Part shown: piece after piece, positions 12,001 through 23,283 of the stretch | How positions within the stretch are numbered: position 1 is the first letter of the stretch | How the letters are laid out: each line of letters opens with the position of its first letter | NCBI GenBank assembly: GCA_950097015.1 | Contig: CATNEN010000034.1 | Coordinates: forward strand, 2,790,001 to 2,854,000 | From: Macrostomum hystrix | Lineage: Eukaryota; Animalia; Platyhelminthes | Reading direction: 5' to 3' | DNA length: 64,000 nucleotides | Program-made: the position numbers and the translations under genes | The notes under the pieces: generated by a model | What the model was told of the DNA's origin: nothing | Database searches by the model: none | The model's input: only the letters and a program-made list of their open reading frames with translations

Positions 12001-14025
12001 GGGTCACGGCGCCGGTCACAGTTTCGAAGTCCGTAAACAGAATCAGTTGGAAAGAGATCTGCAGAGAAGAGTCCAGTAAGGAGTCTATGAAGGAAATGAC
12101 AGTTCAGATCTACGAGTATTAGTTTGTCTATGACAAGATTTCTATGACCAGTTTCTCTATGAGCAGATTAAATGCTGGGTGAGTGGCAGAGCGGTCAACG
12201 CGTTTGTCTCTCGCACCAAGGTCCCTGAGCTCGATTCCGCGGCGAGGCCACATTCATTTGGGGCGCAGCCGCCGAGAGAAGGCTTGGTGGCTTGTCGTGC
12301 AATTTACGCCCTTGTGGGCCAGCCTCCAAGACACAGTGAGAGTGTACACTGCCTGTCGATGAGAAAGTCAGGCCAGTGTGAGTGCAGTATCTGTGTGCGT
12401 ATGTGCTCAGGAGTCAGCGAATTGGGCAGAATTGCCTCCTCGCTGGCTGCGGGTCTATGGTCACCAAATGATGTGCCACTGCCCACGCCCCTCCTACGAA
12501 TATGAATTATATTTTTATGAGCAGCTAAAAGGATGCGGACCTTCTGAGTAGTATCCAGTGGAGGCGGTGACATCTGAGACCAGGTGAACACGATGGCGGC
12601 GGTGGCTTTAGACAACTCGGCGATTCCATCTCGGATCTTCTTGACGGCCGCGTTGGTGGTGGCGTTGGTGGCGACATCGGGCACCAGCAGGTAGGAAACC
12701 TCCGAGGTGCTGTTGACAGAACCAACGACCTTTCTAAAGTCGAAACTGGTGGCAAACGGGGCCACAAACGGCGGAGTCCAACTGGATTTGAGCAGGTCCA
12801 CGCGAGTCGTACAAAAGTCCCAATTGAATGTGACGTAGCCGTTTGAGCACACCTGAAGGCAATGAGGTCAGAGATGAGGGCGTTGCCTACAATTGTCTGG
12901 TCATGCGAGATATACAACTGTCTAAAAATAGCAAAACTCAGAATGACTTGCAATGAGAGGGTTGAGAAAAAAAGTCTGAGAAACTTTACATAATCAAATA
13001 TTTGCATCTGAGCGAAAAAAGGCTGAGAAAGAACTTTGTGCCAATAATGCGCTGATTGTGAGGGCCGAATTTCTTCTTTGTTTTGGCCGCTAGTCTAACG
13101 CTGGAGTCGTGTGTGAAGCCGCCCTTGCATTCCATTATTTTCTAAGAATATTTAAAGTAGAGAATAGATAAAATTAAAAAAATTAAATAGAATGTAACAG
13201 GAAAATAGAAAGGAGTACAATGGAATAGAACAGAGAATAATGTAAATGAATTAAACGGAATTAAAGTAAATAGAGTAGAATGGAATAGAATGGAATAGAA
13301 TGGAATAGAATGGAATAGAATGGAATAGAATGGAATAGAATGAAATACTCGTAGAATGGAATAGAATGGAATAGAATGGAATAGAATGGAATAGAATGGA
13401 ATAGAATGGAATAGAATGGAATAGAATGGAATAGAATGGAATTAACAATTAGGAATGAATTACATAGATTTTTGTGGCCAGCTCATTGCCGTTCAATGGA
13501 ATGCCGCCTCTAAAACTGCTGTTGAATGTCAAGTCGATGGTCTCCGACTGCAAAAAGGTCAGGTTGCTGGCCACTAGCTTCGTTGCTGATGCAGAAGGCA
13601 GCAGTACGACTTCTGAAATGAGGTCAGTGCTGTAAGTGTAATCATTAGATGACACTGGACCCGCAGACAGCGAGGAGGCAATTCTGCCTATTCCGCTGAC
13701 TCCTAAACACACACTCACACACTTTATCATCGTCTGGCTATGTACACTCTCACTGTGCCTTGAAGGTTGGGCCCCAAATGAATGTGGCCTCGCCGCGGAA
13801 TCGAGCTAAGGCACAATTTTGATTATACTGCTGTGGAATTTTCAATAACTCACGGTCGCATCGGTCCCCGGCTAGTGTCAGAAGTCTGTCAGTCGGGCAG
13901 GCGCAAGCCCCAGTAGCGACTGTACAGTTGCCTGAATTCGCGCAGCCCGAGACGCTGCAGTTGAATCCGGCCGCCTTGGTTGCCAAGGGCAACAGAAGCA
14001 GCAGCAGCAGCTGGGATGCTACCAT
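61..14025 (-). CDS. MUC4/SUSD2-like extracellular protein: signal peptide-EGF-NIDO-AMOP-VWD-Ig-like-multiple EGF/cbEGF-SEA-EGF; 3' end lies beyond the window
   Basis: Phase-consistent GT-AG exons assembled by hand (minus strand): 14025-13854, 13612-13464, 12852-12541, 12058-11848, 10680-10246, 8997-8795, 6321-6195, 6109-6042, 5968-5803, 5717-5560, 4267-3760, 3666-3328, 2863-2360, 1496-1377, 1222-828, 328-61. Motifs: signal peptide [18 protein letters not shown]; NIDO ([24 protein letters not shown]); AMOP ([33 protein letters not shown]); VWD ([39 protein letters not shown]); cbEGF (DINEC, DFNEC, DVNEC); SEA ([24 protein letters not shown]). Confidence 0.85.
518..782 (+). mobile_element. tRNA-headed SINE, family B
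   Basis: Matches the body shared by the other copies (CACCAAGGTCCCTGAGCTCGATTC...GAGGGCCAACCTCCAAGGCACAGTGAG...GATGAGAAAGTCAG...TTGCCTCCTCGC); A/B-box-like head. Confidence 0.8.
1795..2181 (-). mobile_element. Truncated copy of a ~530-bp TTAA-flanked MITE
   Basis: Reverse complement of 55000-55350 and 11110-11460; ends in a TIR remnant CTTGGTAATTATACTA followed by TTAA. Confidence 0.75.
2964..3250 (+). mobile_element. tRNA-headed SINE, family B
   Basis: TAGCTGAGCGG (A box) and GGCTCGATTCC (B box) followed by the family body. Confidence 0.85.
4478..5500 (+). mobile_element. SINE family B copy split by a solo LTR
   Basis: Head and body at 4478-4662; the family continuation GATGTACAC...TTGCCTCTTCGCTGGCTGCGG resumes at 5453-5500. 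Confidence 0.75.
4663..5452. mobile_element. Solo LTR (790 bp), Gypsy-like 4-bp TSD
   Basis: Begins TGTGGTGA and ends TCATCACA (TG..CA with short inverted termini); GTCT duplicated at 4659-4662 and 5453-5456; GC-rich with repeated CTGATTGG and GCGTCGTACGC motifs; no coding remnant. Confidence 0.75.
6421..8660. repeat. Intronic minisatellite, ~24-bp unit GATCAAGCTATAGATCTAGCTACT with variants
   Basis: Visible tandem periodicity inside intron 6 of the MUC4-like gene. Confidence 0.95.
9095..10220. repeat. Intronic minisatellite, 12-bp unit GATCTAGCTATG with interspersed GATCTAGCTCAAACTGTTCTAGCTAT
   Basis: Tandem array in intron 5 of the MUC4-like gene, between the AMOP and VWD exons. Confidence 0.95.
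10768..11661 (+). mobile_element. TTAA-flanked MITE interrupted by a CORE-type SINE
   Basis: Left end TTAA|TAGTAGAACTACCC matches CAGTAGAACTACCAAG of the 55000 copy; body 11110-11661 aligns with 55030-55520; right TIR remnant CCTTGGTA. Confidence 0.75.
10789..11102 (+). mobile_element. CORE-type SINE, family A (tRNA-like head, AAC anticodon loop)
   Basis: TAGCCTAGTAG..GGTTCGATTCC head; CORE-like GTGTCCTTTAGCAAGACACTTAACT...CACCCAGCTGTTAAATGGGTACC; A-rich tail; AGGCGGC duplicated at 10782-10788 and 11103-11109. Confidence 0.85.
11670..11826 (-). mobile_element. CORE-type SINE with tRNA-Lys-like head, family C
   Basis: Minus strand reads TCGGACTTTTAAACGAAAGGTCGGGAGTTCGAATC then TGTGTCCTTAAGGAAGACA (CORE-like). 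Confidence 0.7.
12176..12478 (+). mobile_element. tRNA-headed SINE, family B (full length)
   Basis: Complete head and body, directly after the donor of exon 3 on the opposite strand. Confidence 0.85.
13268..13441. repeat. (AATGGAATAG)n satellite-like array
   Basis: Alternating GGAAT/AGAAT pentamers starting about 22 nt past the exon 2 donor on the minus strand. Confidence 0.95.
13641..13810 (-). mobile_element. SINE family B, internally deleted
   Basis: Reverse complement of family motifs (GCGAGGAGGCAATTCTGCC, CTCTCACTGTGCCTTG, TGTGGCCTCGCCGCGGAATCGAGC). Confidence 0.75.
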
Positions 14026-15364
14026 AGATCTAAATAGCAACATTCAACAAGTCGAACTGAAACAAAAAATATAATTATTTTCTATCAAGAGCTGCAGATT
14101 TATCCAGGAAATAAATTCCGCTTCACACTGGGTAGGGCTCGTGTGCTGCTGTGTTAGTTAAGGGGTGTTCGCGCTTAAGGCTTGGTTTCGCCCGTTTCTG
14201 ATCGATAGGTTGAGCTGTGTGAGTGAGTGTGTGTGTGGTATCGATCTAGCAACTGGCTGCCCCGATCGGATTTCGACTTCGAAGGTGGCAGCGGCTGCGA
14301 TTCCTCTACCTTTATTCCATTGTGCGCGGCTCGCCAACCTCTTCAAGCCGATTTTCTGCTTTCGTCCTCAACCAGAGAGACGGACTCGGGGGGGGGCAGA
14401 AAGCTTTGGTCAACATGAACGACAGAGGCACCGCTCTCTCCGCCCCTCCCACAGGTGAGGCAATAGTAGTCCAGAAAAATTATTTTCCAACGGACAGTCG
14501 CCAGGGAGGAACGGGGGGATTTCGGAGTACAGTAGGGAGTGAAGGAAGTACGGCTAGAGAACTGTACCCGCACCCTCCCCCATACTGACTCAGCGACTCA
14601 GCTATAAGTGCTAATTTTAGCAACCAACTCAATGGAAATTGGATGCGGAAATAGTGCAGCCCAGTTAAACTGGGAGGATTGCTACTAGGCTGGCATTGCG
14701 AAGGGAGACAAAATGGAATGAAAGTGTGCTCAGTTTTAACTGCCATTGTCCGCCTAAGGGGAAGGGTCTGACTCGAGACCCGCCCAAAAAGATCCTGAGC
14801 CTGGAATGCTCTGGTGAGCAGCTAGTTGAGCAGTTGAGGAAAACCTCACAGGCTTGGTCTGTATTCATATTGTGTCTACTTGTTTTAGCAAGTAGGCTGT
14901 GCTTAAATAAAGTTTAAGGTTTATCTTACTTTAAATCTGTTCTCATACGTTTTTCTATACATATCGGTGAAATTCAATAGTAAAATGAATAGTTTTGTTA
15001 TAGAACAGAAGGGGCAGTTATTTAGTTGCATCCCAAGTCTTGCTGAGTTAAGAACAGTCAACTGCAGCCGTGTCGAAAGCCAATCAATTGTTTTAATTAG
15101 TTTAGAGTGACAGACGCGAATGCGCGAATGAATAATTAGACCGAGAAGGCTTTCATAGGCAACTGTTGACACTTACAATGCAACAATAAACGAAAACAAG
15201 GACGAAAAAAACGAAGAAGAATTGGACTAGTTTTTTTAAGAGTCCAAATGGAATTGGCTATATTAATAAGCTTGTTTAGCAATTGAATGTGAAAACTGTA
15301 ATCTGAGCTGAATATTATTTGTACTTTGCCTTCCTGTTAGACGGAGAGTAACAGCAATTTTGGA

Positions 15365-16190
15365 ATTGATTAACTTACCTTGTCAGCTTTGATTAATTTA
15401 CCTGTCAGCCTTGATTAATGTACTTGCCAGATTGGATTAATTTAACTGTCAGATTGGATTAATTTACCTGTCAGATTAGATTAATTTACCTGTCAGATTA
15501 GATTAATTTACCTGTCAGATTGGATCAATTTACCTGTCAGATTAGATTAATTTACCTGTCAGATTAGATAAATTTACCTGTCAGATTGGATTAATTCACC
15601 TGTCAGCTTTCATGAATTCACCTGTCAGCTTTCATGAATTCACCTGTCAGCTTTCATGAGTTCACCTGTCAGCTTTTATCAATTCACCTGTCAGCTTATA
15701 TCAATTCACCTGTCAGCTTTTATCAATTCACCTGTCAGCTTTTATCAATTCAACTGTCAGATTTGATCAATTCACCTGTCAGCTTATATCAATTCACCTG
15801 TCAGCTTTCATGAGTTCACCTGTCAGATTTGATCAATTCACCTGTCAGCTTATATCAATTCACCTGTCAGCTTTTATCAATTCACCTGTCAGCTTTTATC
15901 AATTCAACTGTCAGATTTGATCAATTCACCTGTCAGCTTATATCAATTCACCTGTCAGCTTTCATGAGTTCACCTGTCAGCTTTGATCAATTCACCTGTC
16001 AGCTTATATCAATTCACCTGTCAGCTTTTATCAATTCAACTGTCAGCTTTTATCAATTCAACTGTCAGATTTGATCAATTCACCTGTCAGCTTATATCAA
16101 TTCACCTGTCAGCTTTTATCAATTCAACTGTCAGCTTTGATCAATTCAACTGTCAGCTTTGATCAATTCACCTGTCAGCTTTGATGAATT
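15365..16190. repeat. 22-bp minisatellite (TCAATTCACCTGTCAGCTTTTA and variants)
   Basis: Tandem units with an invariant CCTGTCAG/ACTGTCAG core. Confidence 0.95.
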
Positions 16191-16294
16191 TAGCTATCAA
16201 CAGCTAAAAGGCGATGGCATTTTTAAAACTGTAAGTAACAGAGGGAGTAGAGACAAAAATGTAACAAACAGCGTTCATGAGCAATGGCGGATTA

Positions 16295-16335
<41 letters not shown>

Positions 16336-16877
16336 CTGTTGATCTGTGTGGCGTGTTTTTCTAAACTCACATTCTCATATTTTCGCCAGCTGCTGCCAGA
16401 GCGCTAGGAAAACAGGCCACCCCCAATCTTAAAGTGAGTCTCAAAATCACTTTGCTGTTTTAGCAAACCAAAATGAATGCACTTTCCATTGTTAGGACAA
16501 TGGGAAACTGTTCCGTCCGTTGCTTCTGCACCGAACTTGAAGCAGCGGCGGTGGCGCCACCCATGCGCTGATTGCCATTTCTTGTGCTGTCTTTCATGTC
16601 TCCCTCTAATATTCCTTCCCTTGCCTTCCCCTGTAGTGGTAGTGAGAAATAATAAATCGATAGTTTTTTTCTATCGATAATACATTTGTATTTTTAGACT
16701 GGCTAAAACAAATCTGCTTTTAGGCTGTGGCAGTACGTAGCTACTTTTCTTGCTTAAACAATTAATACTGCTGATTACAATAAGATTTAAATGGACACAG
16801 ACAGACACCACAGTGAAGCATTATTTAATCGGTTTAGTATTTGTGTACTTCTGTTATGAATGAGGCTATAAACTAGC

Positions 16878-17468
16878 CCATGACCATCACTGTCTACCCC
16901 ACGACCACCACTGTCTACTCCATGACCACCACTGTCTGCTCCATGACCACCACTGTCTACTCCATGACCACCACTGTCTGCTCCATGACCACACTGTCTT
17001 CTCCATGACCACCACTGTCTACCCCGTGACCACCACTGTCTACCCCATGACCAGCTCTGTCAACCACATGACCACCACCGTTCATCTGTCTACTCCATGA
17101 CCACCACCGTTCATCTGTCTACTCCATGACCACCACAGTTCATCTGTCTACTCCATGACCACCACCGTTCATCTGTCTACTCCATGACCACCACCGTTCA
17201 TCTGTCTACTCCATGACCACCACCGTTCATCTGTCTACTCCATGACAACCACCGTTCATCTGTCTACTCCATGACAACCACCGTTCATCTGTCTACTCCA
17301 TGACAACCATAGTTCATCTGTCTACTTCATGACCACCACAGTTCATCTGTCTACTCCATGACCACCACCGTTCATCTGTCTACTCCATGACCACCACCGT
17401 TCATCTGTCTACTCCATGACAACCACCGTTCATCTGTCTACTCCATGACCACCACAGTTCATCTGTCG
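16878..17468. repeat. ~29-bp minisatellite CATGACCACCACCGTTCATCTGTCTACTC
   Basis: Tandem units; shorter 22-bp versions at the left edge. Confidence 0.95.
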
Positions 17469-18183
17469 ACTCAAAGTTCTCAATGCCCCCCTCATGCCCT
17501 ACACGAAAGTGCAATGATTCAGTCTGAGCGTGGGAAAGCAGAAAATGAGCAGCTAAAACAGGACTGGAGCAGGCGCTGGGACAGTTTGAAATGCGGACGG
17601 AACTGGAGCAGGGCTGAGCATTGTTTGCTCTGGCATACAAGAGCTTTCACTATTCACGCAGTCGATATAGGACTCCAGCACCGAGGTAGGTCAGTATTGG
17701 CAAGAGAAGCGGGATTCAACGGGCGAGGAAAGACGAGACAGGAAATGGTCTGTCGACTTTGTTGCCCTTGGCAACTAGAGCTTCGCCGCCGAGAAAGAGA
17801 GTGGCTCCGTTTTTTTGTCGAAGCAAGTCACAGCAAGGATCTCACAGACAGTTGGAACTGAGCTAAAAATAGCAACAAAATGATCAGGTGATCCTCGAAT
17901 GGAAAGGAGTTGATTGGATTTTACAAGTGGATCAGAGCTTTTCACAAAAGTTCTCATAAATCTTTTCTTGCGACTCAAGAAATGAGTTCAGAGTGGCGTA
18001 CTGCAAGCACTGTCAGATTTAGGTATTGATCGGGCATTAACTATAATTTAGTGTGCGGTTTTATCATTGTTCTGGACAGGGGGGTACAGACAATGCAAAT
18101 TTGAAAGGAATTAGGAAAACTTCCTGAATTTAATTTAACAATAAAGTGCTCGAAATTACAAGAGAAGTATACAGGGAATGATG

Positions 18184-18825
18184 GAGAGAGAGAGGATACA
18201 GAGGGGATAGAGAGAGAGGATAGAGAGAGAGGATACAGAGGGTATAGAGAGAGAGAGGATAGAGAGAGAGGATATAGAGGGGATAGAGAGAGGATACAGA
18301 GGGGATAGAGAGAGAGGATACAGAGGGGATAGAGAGAGAGGATACAGAGGGGATAGAGAGAGGATACAGAGTAGATAGAGAGAGGATACAGAGAGGATAG
18401 AGAGAGAGGATACAGAGGGGATAGAGAGAGGATACAGAGGGGATAGAGAGAGAGGATACAGAGGGGATAGAGAGAGAGGATACAGAGGGGATAGAGAGAG
18501 GATACAGAGGGGATAGAGAGAGAGGATACAGAGGGGATAGAGAGAGAGGATAGAGAGAGAGGATACAGAGAGGATAGAGAGAGAGGATACAGAGGGGATA
18601 GAGAGAGGATACAGAGGGGATAGAGAGAGAGGATACAGAGGGGATAGAGTGAGGATACAGAGGGGATAGAGAGAGAGGATACAGAGGGGATAGAGAGAGA
18701 TGATAGAGAGAGAGGATACAGAGGGGATAGAGAGAGGATACAGAGGGGATAGAGAGAGGATAGAGAGGATACAGAGGGGATAGAGAGAGAGGATAGAGAG
18801 AGAGGATACACAGATTATAGAGAGG
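18184..18825. repeat. Purine-rich 23-25-bp array GAGGATACAGAGGGGATAGAGAGA(GA)
   Basis: Tandem periodicity. Confidence 0.95.
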
Positions 18826-19436
18826 GTAGAGTGCTAAAAGTTCAGTTTGACAACTGGAGAGTCGAGACAGATGATGAAGTCAAGCAGATAACAAGCCTGT
18901 GTAACCAGAAAGCCATGATGTCAATTCGACCTTCTTCTGAACTTTTGCTAATTTAATAGATTTTTCTGTTCGCTTCGCACTACTCACAGATAAGTAGGCA
19001 CACTCAGACACTGTCTAGAAGACACTGTATAGCGACGGCTAAAAATAGCAGCTAAATAAAAGAAAGAACTCTGCACTCAGAAATGTATTTTCTCGCTAAC
19101 ATTTTTCTGATCAATATGGACGAGCAAATCGAATTCAGCAGCACAATTGGTTAACAAAACTGGCAAAGAATTCCGGAATGTGAATCAGCTGGCCTGCCCC
19201 AGTCAGTCGGGAAAGTAAGTGGAAAAAGTCATGAAGTGAGCAATTGAGTTTATGGGTCGATAATAAAAGCGTTTGGCTAACCAATGAAGACCGGCATGGT
19301 CTATGGTAAGACGAATTTAGCGAACCAATTCTTTCGCATGGTTTATTATTGGTTCAGAGCGAAGTTGATTCCCTTAGGCGGCTGTCATCCCCGCAGTAAA
19401 TTTCTGTCAGCTTGAATATATAGGTCAAAGTACAAC

Positions 19437-19695
19437 TGAGCTCGATTCCTGAGCTCAGCTCGGCGAGGCCACTGAGCTCGGCGAGGCCACATTTAATTAT
19501 GGGTGCAGCCGCGGAGAGAAGGCTTGGTGGGCTGTTGTGCAATTTACGGCCTTGAGGGCCAACCCCTAGGGCACAGTGAGAGTGTACACTGCCTGACGAT
19601 GAGAAAGTCAGGGGTGATGTACACACCTGTGAGCGTGTGTGCTCAAGAGTCAGCGAAATGGGCAGAATTACCTCCCCGCTGGCTGTGGGTCTTGA
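19437..19695 (+). mobile_element. SINE family B, head rearranged
   Basis: Family body; local duplication of GAGCTCGGCGAGGCCAC. Confidence 0.8.
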
Positions 19696-20441
19696 ATGAG
19701 GTTGTAGCAGAGGGGTATTGAGGTGGTGGGTTTTCGGAGTCTCGTATTACTGCTGATTTGGTCAATTTATCGCATCATATAGAATAGGCAGACAACTGTA
19801 AGTCTGTGATGTCTAGCATATGACTAATTATTGATTCAAAATTCTGCCGTATCCAGTAGCTATATTGCTTAGTTTAAGCAGCCATTCGCAATTTTGCAAG
19901 CAATGCGTAATGCGTAACAGATAAAGTGGACGCGGTTTCTAGGAAACTCGGCAAAACAGGCGGCCATCCATTCCGGAGGCAATTAAAACCAATGACCAGC
20001 GCTTCCGGCCGATACGGCTGCAATTGAGCCCCGCAAAAATGGGTGAGGCCGCTCAGAGCAAAAGTTTCTAGAGCGGGTTAATGGACAATTTGAGTCCATC
20101 TATGATAAGCGAGTCTGGCCTGAGCACTAGCCTTGTTCTCAGCATGCGTAATTGCTCCGAAGCCAGCAAACCCACTTTTTATCTATCCAGCTCTCTCTCT
20201 GCTTCTCCCAGCATGACAAATGGATTTTTGAGTGAACTAGCGACTGTTGTGTGTGGGCCAGAGTTGTTTCTAAAACTGAACTATTGTGGAGTTGGAAAAG
20301 GGGAGAATTTTCCCACGCGAATTCAGATCGTGTAGCTGATCATTTACTCCAGCTGCGTACCATGTCAGGCTTAAATAATTTCCATTTGTTCTGAATACAA
20401 CCATTTTTTAATGTCTTTTTACACTGGCAAAATTGTCTACG

Positions 20442-21022
20442 TTACTGAAACACCTGAGGATCTGAGAGTTTGGTACTGAAACACCTGAAGATCTGAGAGT
20501 GTGGTACTGAAACACCTGAGGATCTGAGAGTGTGGTACTGAGACACCTGAGGATCTGAGAGTGTGGTACTGAAACACCTGAGGATCTGAGAGTGTGGTAC
20601 TGAGACACCTGAGGATCTGAGAGTTTGGTACTGAGACACCTGAGGATCTGAGAGTTTGGTACTGAGACACCTGAGGATCTGAGAGTTTGGTACTGAAACA
20701 CCTGAGGATCTGAGAGTTTGGTACTGAAACACCTGAGGATCTGAGAGTTTGGTACTGAAACACCTGAGGATCTGAGAGTGTGGTACTGAAACACCTGAGG
20801 ATCTGAGAGTGTGGTACTGAGACACCTGAGGATCTGAGAGTGTGGTACTGAAACACCTGAGGATCTGAGAGTGTGGTACTGAAACACCTGAGGATCTGAG
20901 AGTGTGGTACTGAAACACCTGAGGATCTGAGAGTTTGGTACTGGAATACCTAAGGATCTGAGAGTGTGGTACTGAAAAACCTGAGGATCTGAGAGTGTGG
21001 TACTGAAATACCTGAGGATCTG
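20442..21022. repeat. 31-bp minisatellite CTGAGGATCTGAGAGTGTGGTACTGAAACAC
   Basis: About 18 near-identical tandem units. Confidence 0.95.
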
Positions 21023-22694
21023 ATCGAGGGACGTAAACGCAAATAGACGCATTTTTGTGGTAATTGCATGTTTCTGCAGACATCCAAAGCTCATTCATAC
21101 TCTCACTAGGTAGATTTTCATATCGCATGTCGTTAACCAGACAAAGCTCTATTCTATTCGTCTTCCATTCCAGGCTCCAAGCCCCGGCCTCGGCACACGG
21201 AGACGCTCTTGGCTAATTAAAAGCTTGTCAGCGAAACTGCGGCCTACTTTGCTGCTGCACAGCGCAGCGGGGGAGACAAGCCGGCCTCCCGGACCGACTA
21301 GAAGAAAATGGCCAGGCCAGATGTCTGAAGACGGAGGAGGCATCTGGTTATAGGCCAAACACATCAATGGGGGGGGGCAAAGTTGCAGCGTCCCCGTCCC
21401 CTCCGCCATCAGTCAGGGATGATGAAAGCACAAGTGTGTGACCCAGGCTGGACAAGTGGTATAATTGCGGATTCGGTTTAACTGGGCCGGGCGGACAGGC
21501 TAACAATTGATTGGCAGGTCCAAGAGCATTGTGGATTTATACTTTTATCCGCAATCCGCACGCATGCATTCAGCTGCTGTAAGGTTGAGAACAAAAAAAC
21601 AGCTGTTATTTACTTCCCTGCTTGTAAATTAGTACTGGCAATATTGCAGCAGTACTGTTGTCCCCATCCTCTTTGCTCCAGACTCAGAATCTCATCTCAT
21701 CTGAATCTGCGAAAGAGAAGTCATTGCGGAGGGGATTGCCTATTTTCGGTTCATTAACTATACTGGTCCATGCCTGAGATTGGAGCATTGTGGAGAGGGG
21801 AGCGGTGAAGGGGGAGAGGTGTGCGGGACTCACAGATTTTGCGTAGCGTTTGTCGCCCTGGTGAATCACACACCCACATACACACACACACACACACAGT
21901 CCTCCCCCCCCTCATCTGATTGACAAGGGCGAGTCAGGAGGAGCAGTTGAGACCGGAGCCTTAGTTGTCGAGCTATCGCGGCAATCTCATTATTCCCAGC
22001 TCCTCCTGATGCGCATCAAGATACATAGAATCTATGTACGACTGTGTCCTACTGTGTGGTTACATTTGCAGACAGAAAAAAAAGGAAAATGTATTTTCGA
22101 GATAGTTCGCTTCGCAGCAGAACCTGACGAACCTAACGTCAGGGCCTCAGCTAATGAAGAGAAAATAAAAAGACCTGATGTGAGTCTGCTGTGAGAGCCA
22201 GCTCGGGTGAGGCAGAGCTCAATCCCACGGGAAATTATGGAATGGCGTCCCCTCCCGGCCTGTCTCTCCTCCGCCTTTTAAACCAGAGATGCAAGTCGGA
22301 TAAGTGAAAATAAGCGACTAGACCCTGTGTAATGGAACAGATTGCTTCTCGGGTGTGACTCGGAAGGACAAAGCGGTAACAATTGGCGATCTTTGGATGT
22401 CAAACAATCTGAATAATAAATTGTTAAAAATCTAGCTTTGCATTATAAAGTACTATTGCGTAGGTAAGCACAGATACCTCAGAAGTGACAGTCGAGGTGA
22501 CAGTCAGTGATGCGGTGAGTGATTGGCGTTAGAAACAATTCTTTCTTTCATACTAAAGTACTTCAGGTGAAGTCTAGAGCAATAAGAAAGTTGAGTTTCA
22601 AATTGAGAGCCACAGGGCTTCAACACCTAGAATGCTGTGGGAAAATTTCAAGATAAGCGAAATTACAACTTAACTAGTCGGACCAGATGTACAG

Positions 22695-22790
22695 TTTTCA
22701 GTCCGTGGACTGTGAGAGGCGAAAAACGCTCCTTTCACTAAGCTAAGATTCGAACCAACGATCGCTGACACGTTGAATTGAGCTGCTGCA
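22695..22790 (-). mobile_element. Degenerate tRNA-headed SINE fragment
   Basis: Minus-strand B box GGTTCGAATC and the CAGTCCACGGACTG palindrome also seen in other SINE tails. Confidence 0.4.
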
Positions 22791-23283
22791 CTTGCTCCTA
22801 GGGGAGGAGCAAGTGCAAATCGGGAATATTTCGAACCTGGAGTCACCGGAGGATTAAATCACTGGGTCAGAAATCTTAGCTTGAGTGGAAATATGTTTTA
22901 ATGGTCACATAGGGACTGATGATGAAGGAAACTGGAAAGCAGAAGGAATCTGCTGCACTCGGCATCCTTGTAAAAAGCAGCAGCATGAAGCGGCGGCAGA
23001 GGAAGATGTTGAAGCAGCTGCTTGCCCCGGGGACATCCAGACCCTTTTGCAGCATATGCGCGCGGAGAACCACTAAGTGTGCATGAGGAATTCGGTAACT
23101 AGCTTTGATGATGGCTGCAGACTGTAAGCCGAGGATTTTGTCCCGATAAGCGAATGTTCGCAGATACATTTTGTGTTTCTTACAGGTCAGCTCATTCAGC
23201 GAATGACCCGAATGACCCGAAAAGCAGCGAAAGTGAATGACCATTCTAAGTAGCATGAACCATTGTAAGAAAGATAGCATAAC

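Noticed and set aside
12340-12440. Hammerhead-like CTGACGA...GAAA in SINE family B
   Set aside because: CTGAC is sequestered in a hairpin with GTCAG, and I could not build stem II closing before GAAA or stems I and III around a cleavage triplet.
16159-16407. PolyQ-containing ORF
   Set aside because: Begins in the 22-bp array and is explained by a (CAG)n microsatellite.
17445-17861. 138-aa ORF after the 29-bp array
   Set aside because: Starts inside the repeat, no recognisable motif, no convincing splice partners.
22876-23280. Short ORFs on both strands, including a 54-aa basic CxxC peptide
   Set aside because: No domain, no supporting exon structure; could be chance.
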